Shown here: one piece after another, positions 25,340-30,497 of the stretch
Layout of the letters: each line of letters starts with the position of its first letter
Numbering within the stretch: the first letter of the stretch is position 1
Virus record (IMG/VR): IMGVR_UViG_3300009158_002590
Location: 1 to 30,497 of that record
From: a virus
Lineage: Duplodnaviria > Caudoviricetes
Reading direction: 5' to 3' (one strand)
Length of the DNA stretch: 30,497 nt
Notes under the pieces: model-generated
What the model was told of the DNA's origin: nothing
Database searches by the model: none
What the model saw: the letters and a program-made list of their open reading frames with translations, nothing else
Program-made: the position numbers and the translations under genes

Positions 25340-26395
25340 ATGAAAACTGTACTCAACACGATAAACGTCGATTCTCTTAAACAGCCGCTCTTTCTTGGCG
25401 AAGACTTGGCTATTCAAAGATATGATCGCTTAAAGTATCCTAAGTTCTATGATCTATACGATCAACAGATGAATTTCTTTTGGCGACCGCAAGAAGTTAA
25501 CCTCACGAAAGACGCAGCTGATTACAAGAATCTTTCTCCAGAAGAGAAATTCGTTTTCGACAGTAATCTTCGTTTTCAAACAATGACAGATTCGATGCTT
25601 TCTCGAAGCATCAATTCTCTCTCTAGTCATGTTAGCAATCCAGAGCTTGAGATATGTATGAATGTGTGGTCGTTCTTCGAGACTATTCATAGCAATAGCT
25701 ACACATACATTTTGCAAAACGTGAACCCAGACGCCACAAAATTCTTTGATTCTATTCTGGATGACAAGGAGATTGTTAAGAGAGCGCAGTTCATCTCTAA
25801 TAAATACGATAGTTTACTGAACACAAATAGCGACGATCCAAGACAGCAAATTCTTGAAGCTCTTGTTTCAACTCAGATCACCGAAGGAGTAACGTTTTAT
25901 GTATCATTTGCGTGCTCGTTTTATTTTGGCTACCGTGGGAAAATGGAAGGTAACGCTAAAATTATTAATTTAATTTCGCGTGATGAAAACCTTCATGTCG
26001 CCATCACACAGAATATTATGAAGATTCTTCGCGATCAACCGAAAGAAGGCTTTCAAGACATTGTAAAAAAGAATGAAGACCGTATTTATGAAGCGTATCG
26101 TGTAGCTGTAGAGGCGGAAAAAGATTGGGCTGATTACCTTTTCTCGAAAGGCAGTTTAATCGGACTCACGGCGGATTCTCTCAAACATTACGTTGAGTGG
26201 CTCGCTGACAACCGCCTCACTTCTATGGGATACAAGAAGCTATACAATGTTAAGGGGAACCCTATTGCTGGGTGGTTAGATAGCTTCTATGACAGTAAGA
26301 AGATTCAAGTTGCCCCGCAAGAAACCGAGATTTCTTCTTATGTAAAAGGGGTAGATAGCAAAATTGACGAGTCGGTATTTGATATCAAATTCTAA
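25340..26395 (+). CDS. nrdB: Ribonucleoside-diphosphate reductase class Ia, beta subunit
   Basis: FFWRPQEV, QTMTDS, ETIHSNSY (radical Tyr), EGVTFYVSF, RDENLH and APQETEISSY; ATG at 25340. Confidence 0.96.
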   Translation: MKTVLNTINVDSLKQPLFLGEDLAIQRYDRLKYPKFYDLYDQQMNFFWRPQEVNLTKDAADYKNLSPEEKFVFDSNLRFQTMTDSMLSRSINSLSSHVSNPELEICMNVWSFFETIHSNSYTYILQNVNPDATKFFDSILDDKEIVKRAQFISNKYDSLLNTNSDDPRQQILEALVSTQITEGVTFYVSFACSFYFGYRGKMEGNAKIINLISRDENLHVAITQNIMKILRDQPKEGFQDIVKKNEDRIYEAYRVAVEAEKDWADYLFSKGSLIGLTADSLKHYVEWLADNRLTSMGYKKLYNVKGNPIAGWLDSFYDSKKIQVAPQETEISSYVKGVDSKIDESVFDIKF

Positions 26396-26398
26396 TTA

Positions 26399-29300
26399 TT
26401 AAAGAGCTAGGGTCGAAGCGCTATCAGAGGTCCATTTAGATTCGGTTCTGGTAATTCCCTCGCTCGAATCTTTTCTAATTACACAGATTAGATTACCGTT
26501 ATCCTCTATATATAAATCATACTCAAGACTCTTATTGACTATATTTACGAAAGTTCCATCTGGCAAATCAGAGGGTAAAGTGACAGAAGAGTCTGATAAG
26601 GGGTTGATCCGATTAGTTAATTTTATTAACTCTGGCGTTAAAGAGAATTTGGTTTCTACCCTTTTGACTTTGCCAGGTGTTATATTGCCTCCAGTTATAG
26701 CTGCTCCATTATATATAAATTCTGAATTTAAAGTAGCTGAATCCGCACCTATAGCAACCCAATTTATTGCTGTGTTTCCGAGACCATCTATTCTATATTT
26801 AGAGCCTTTTATTAATATAGAGGCCGCAAACACACTGATAGGTTCATCTTGGCCGCGACCTCCATCTAAATCATAACTGTTATAGGTTGGAGCAGTGGTT
26901 TCAATTGGCTCGGCTTCTAAGTATCCGCTTACCACTTTAGAAGTAAAACCGGGTCCATAATCGTCCCAAGGTCTAAATCTAAAATGCGACCATTCTTCTG
27001 TTGGCAACCCTTCGCCAAGCGTAATTACGTTCAAGTAGCTTCTCGTTTCATTCAAATAAACTGATTTGAATTTGTTCGTATGGTTAACTAAATCTGGAGT
27101 GAATACCTGCTTTCCGCTTGCGTATGACCCAGCAACCGTTACCCCATTATATACAAATTCACTACCTACTAGTGGAGTGCTTGAATCATGCCCTATACCT
27201 GTCCAATTTACACCAACGCCCGTACTTACAATTTCGTACCAATTATCTTGTTGCGCGTTTGCAAGACTAATAACTTCTGTATAACCTAATCCAGTATATA
27301 CGTCAACGCTGTAAACGTCTTTATTGGAAGTTGAGCTAAAACAATTAAATATAATTTTACCTTTCACAACATCTTCTGGCAGAACAGTGAATGAGACTCC
27401 AGAAAAACCTGTTTTATTTGCCTCTACGATATCATAAAGATTAGAAATACCTAATGGATTTCCTTTGGTCATGGGAACTTGTCTATTTTCTGCTTGCCCA
27501 TATTGGTCGTAATGAGTCTTTCCCCAATCTGCGATGGGAATTGCGGGGTTAATAGTTTTTTTATAATGATCTATTAAATCTCCATAAGCGTAAACATATT
27601 GTTCGTAATCAGGCTCACCAGTTCCTTTAAAATTGATTGAAACTGCTGTTCTAGTACCTGAAAGCAGTCCAGTGCCATTATAAAATGTAGCAGTTGAGAA
27701 TGCCCCAGAAATGTCCCTAAATGTTAGAGAGATATCTTCGCTTTCGCTTCTAATTAAATTACCATCCAAACCCCTTACGCCAGAGCCAGAAATTGTTGTT
27801 ATAGCTCCGATTGTGCTTGCTATGTTAGGGCTCCAAACTGCTGATCCAGTGAATGTTCTATTTCCGTAATATCCAGATAAGATATAATATGGAGAATTTT
27901 GAAAAGAATCTATAACTTCTATTTTAGAATAACCAGGATACTGATTTACTGCTTGAAATGTTCCTGTTTTTGTTAACTGTGTATTGTCTTTAACTACAAC
28001 TCTTAATCCTATTTGCCTAGAATACTCAACAAGCTCTGGCTTCGTTGAGGGGTCAAACATTCTAGCGTTATCTTCTTTCGTTACTCTGTAAGATAATCCT
28101 TGATAATTTTTTATTTCATCTCCGATAGGTTGGCCAGCACCATCTAAAACTTGCAACGTAACTTCTTGAGGCAAATCTAAAAATGGATTTTCGTAAATTT
28201 GTTGCTTTGTTGTCATTTTGCCGCCCGTTGGATCAATATAGTTCCATCTAAAAACTAAATCATTTGAAGTCCAATTGCCCCTGCCATTTCCAGAATAAAC
28301 CGTATTCGCGCCAGATGTAATTGAATATTTTATAGAATCTTGGTCCGCTGTATCAATTGTAAATCCGCTTGGCATTGTTGATGTAATTAAACCGCCACCC
28401 GAACCAGTTAAGGTTGCGGACGGGAGCATCACAATTCCAGTTTCTACAGGATCAGTGCAAAGTAATTTGTACGTTGTTCCTTGGGAGTATACTTTAAAAT
28501 CATATTGGCCCCAATTATCATTTATTGGAACTGTTAATGTATTTACCCCAGAAGCAGTAGTGTACGCTTCTACAATAGAATCTTTTTCTTTTGTAACTGT
28601 TGAGAAATCGGGCCTGCTAACATAAACTTTATATCCAGTGATTGGGCTGTCTGTTCCAGACCATATTATTTGAATTCCAGTGTATTTTGAAGCTCCAGAA
28701 TAGCCGCTTATACTTTGTATGCCAGATGGCGCATTAGGCTTTACAACTACATCGTATGGACCTTTAACGTAATAACTCGGAGAAGTATCTAAAATATCTT
28801 TTTCGATATAGTCATCTTTATTATTTAAGTATTCAATGCCAACAATAGCGTATTGATTAGCTTCTTCTTCTTTAGTTGCAATAGTTTTATAAAGTTTCGG
28901 CTCAACTCCAGAGCCGCTTAAAACGTATAAAGAGCCTTCGTTTATTAAATCTAAATTTTGAGGAGTTGTGTCTACGCTTAAGCTATAAATACCTTTGGGG
29001 TATCCAGTGCCATAAACTAAACCACTATATCCAATTCCTTTAGACTCTGGTAGTAATCTTAAATCTGATTGACCTAAAGTTCCATCGCCTACATAAACTT
29101 CTAGTCCAAGCGCGCTAAATGCGCCAGATACAATAGCGGATGTTAAATTGGTTGTTAATGGAGTTTTCGTTACGCCGTAAAAATCTTTTGGTAAGCCAAC
29201 TGAATAATAACCGTCACTGTTACCCCTCATCCATTTTGAGGCTAATGAACTATTTCCTCCCGCGAGTCTGCTTGAAAAAGTTACTGTAACAGGATTAGCC

Positions 29301-30497
29301 GTGGCGTTTGGATCTTTGTCAATGTGGAAACTGACACTTTTTGGATCTGTGCTTACGCTATTTATTCTTGAATTTGATTGAATTCCAGCACCAACAACGT
29401 ACATCCCCTCGGCAACCCCACCAAGTTCAGAAATATCTTCATTTGTTAATCCAATATTTTTATTTGACGCTTGGATGTTACAGTTTCTGGTAAATGTATT
29501 TAAATAATCATCGGTAAAAGATTGAGAAGACGTATGCTCTTTTGTACAGATATATGTATCGGCTCCATGTTTTATAACAGCGCCAACAGCATAAACTTTA
29601 CCACCTTGCCATTCTCCATAACTAGATTCTGATCTATTGCCGAAATCGGCTTGAACAAAAGTGTAGTAAGGTTGTAATTTAGAATAAGCTAACAAATCTC
29701 TATAATTAAATTTTATACCAGGATACTCTAAGCCTCTCTTACTGCCAGCTTCAAGCAAACGATAGCCTTCTTTAATCAAAGCGACACAGTACAAACAATT
29801 ACTTTTGCTTGTGTTTGTGTCTAAACCTAATTTAAATACTTCTGTTGCAGCGTATCCAGTTGACCACGTCGCATTTGGGGCGGTATCGTCTAATGTTCCG
29901 CTCGGCCACATTGCGATAACAACATCTCCAGCGCTCGCCATAGTATAAACAAGGTTTGACCATATATTATTAATATTTCCTAGGAAATTAGAGGCTTCGT
30001 AAACTCCTGCGCTACTATATCTATAAATAGAGGCGTAACCATAAGATTGGTTTCTTTCATTGTTTGCTATTAGCCAAGCGAAGTCTCCGCTTTGAGATAC
30101 TTCAATATCATTAAAACCGCTTACAACTCCTTCCCAACTTGGCGTTGAGCTAGATATAATTAATCCAGTGCCAGCGCTTCCAGAAAAATCGATATCAATT
30201 TCTAAATTAGATAGAACTCCAGAAACTCCAGAAAATGTTAAAACATCCCATTTGGGATTCCCATCTGCAACGGTAAAACTCGGAAAAGTATAAGTTATTC
30301 CTGTTAAGGTAGTTAGACCTGTATAAGTAGATCCAGCAACTCTGGATTGAGAAGGGTAAACATCGTGGACCACCGATTTAAGTAAGAAATCTCCAGTTAA
30401 AGTTAAGGTCGCGCCATATGAACCTTCGGGGTCATCTACTGTATGAATATTAAATTTTCTAGTTTGCTTTTGTCTTTTTGCTCTAATTTGTTCAAGA
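26399..30497 (-). CDS. Large virion tail-tip / host-specificity (J-like) protein, C-terminal part; frame stays open to the window edge
   Basis: No in-frame stop from 30373 to 30497 (LEQIRAKRQKQTRKF...). J-like KLYKTIATKEEEANQYAIVGIEY..K motif, then an Fn3-like segment (PNAPSG...IQIIW...GYKVYV...YDFKVYS). CBM-like WQGGKVYAVG..IKHG..TYIC; G/S/T-rich overall. Confidence 0.75.
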   Translation of the reverse strand, partial: LEQIRAKRQKQTRKFNIHTVDDPEGSYGATLTLTGDFLLKSVVHDVYPSQSRVAGSTYTGLTTLTGITYTFPSFTVADGNPKWDVLTFSGVSGVLSNLEIDIDFSGSAGTGLIISSSTPSWEGVVSGFNDIEVSQSGDFAWLIANNERNQSYGYASIYRYSSAGVYEASNFLGNINNIWSNLVYTMASAGDVVIAMWPSGTLDDTAPNATWSTGYAATEVFKLGLDTNTSKSNCLYCVALIKEGYRLLEAGSKRGLEYPGIKFNYRDLLAYSKLQPYYTFVQADFGNRSESSYGEWQGGKVYAVGAVIKHGADTYICTKEHTSSQSFTDDYLNTFTRNCNIQASNKNIGLTNEDISELGGVAEGMYVVGAGIQSNSRINSVSTDPKSVSFHIDKDPNATANPVTVTFSSRLAGGNSSLASKWMRGNSDGYYSVGLPKDFYGVTKTPLTTNLTSAIVSGAFSALGLEVYVGDGTLGQSDLRLLPESKGIGYSGLVYGTGYPKGIYSLSVDTTPQNLDLINEGSLYVLSGSGVEPKLYKTIATKEEEANQYAIVGIEYLNNKDDYIEKDILDTSPSYYVKGPYDVVVKPNAPSGIQSISGYSGASKYTGIQIIWSGTDSPITGYKVYVSRPDFSTVTKEKDSIVEAYTTASGVNTLTVPINDNWGQYDFKVYSQGTTYKLLCTDPVETGIVMLPSATLTGSGGGLITSTMPSGFTIDTADQDSIKYSITSGANTVYSGNGRGNWTSNDLVFRWNYIDPTGGKMTTKQQIYENPFLDLPQEVTLQVLDGAGQPIGDEIKNYQGLSYRVTKEDNARMFDPSTKPELVEYSRQIGLRVVVKDNTQLTKTGTFQAVNQYPGYSKIEVIDSFQNSPYYILSGYYGNRTFTGSAVWSPNIASTIGAITTISGSGVRGLDGNLIRSESEDISLTFRDISGAFSTATFYNGTGLLSGTRTAVSINFKGTGEPDYEQYVYAYGDLIDHYKKTINPAIPIADWGKTHYDQYGQAENRQVPMTKGNPLGISNLYDIVEANKTGFSGVSFTVLPEDVVKGKIIFNCFSSTSNKDVYSVDVYTGLGYTEVISLANAQQDNWYEIVSTGVGVNWTGIGHDSSTPLVGSEFVYNGVTVAGSYASGKQVFTPDLVNHTNKFKSVYLNETRSYLNVITLGEGLPTEEWSHFRFRPWDDYGPGFTSKVVSGYLEAEPIETTAPTYNSYDLDGGRGQDEPISVFAASILIKGSKYRIDGLGNTAINWVAIGADSATLNSEFIYNGAAITGGNITPGKVKRVETKFSLTPELIKLTNRINPLSDSSVTLPSDLPDGTFVNIVNKSLEYDLYIEDNGNLICVIRKDSSEGITRTESKWTSDSASTLAL

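Noticed and set aside
411-27284. Numerous 60-150 aa antisense or alternate-frame ORFs in the ORF track (e.g. 1279-1581, 6980-7426, 14398-14709, 26535-26876)
   Set aside because: They lie within well-supported genes, have no recognisable motifs or expression signals, and are expected shadow ORFs.
1-30497. Stop-codon reassignment, as seen in some large phages
   Set aside because: Conserved genes are full length in the standard code, and TAA, TGA and TAG all end genes at sensible positions.
1-30497. Cellular (e.g. reduced-genome bacterial) origin
   Set aside because: Divergent recA/dnaB/dnaG/dnaE clustered with nucleases, thyX, nrdAB, a holin-like gene and a tail-J-like gene, with no ribosomal or typical housekeeping operons, fit a phage better.

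Overview
This window is most consistent with part of a large tailed dsDNA bacteriophage genome (AT-rich, standard genetic code, tightly packed and often overlapping genes, no rRNA, tRNA or CRISPR seen). Positions 1-26395 (+ strand) hold a replication, nucleotide-metabolism and glycan block: gmd (partial), a TpsA/filamentous-haemagglutinin-like secreted protein, a GT90 glycosyltransferase, thyX, a holin-like protein, recA-like recombinase, a Vsr/DUF559-like nuclease, DnaB, DnaG, a PD-(D/E)XK nuclease, a DnaE polymerase split into three genes (PHP / DnaQ-like exonuclease / catalytic core), a ClpC-like ATPase, a kinase-like protein, several small ORFs (including Hfq/Sm-like and Whirly-like candidates), a GT4-GT9 pair with the GT9 split between two genes, a Rad52-like candidate, a GNAT and class Ia nrdAB. 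It converges on the 3' part of a very large minus-strand tail-tip/host-specificity (J-like) gene. The most unusual non-coding signal is a recurring architecture at the heads of transcription units: a promoter element lying inside or overlapping a short, sequence-variable inverted repeat that ends 0-1 nt before the start codon. All family calls come from motif recognition by eye; no database searches were run.
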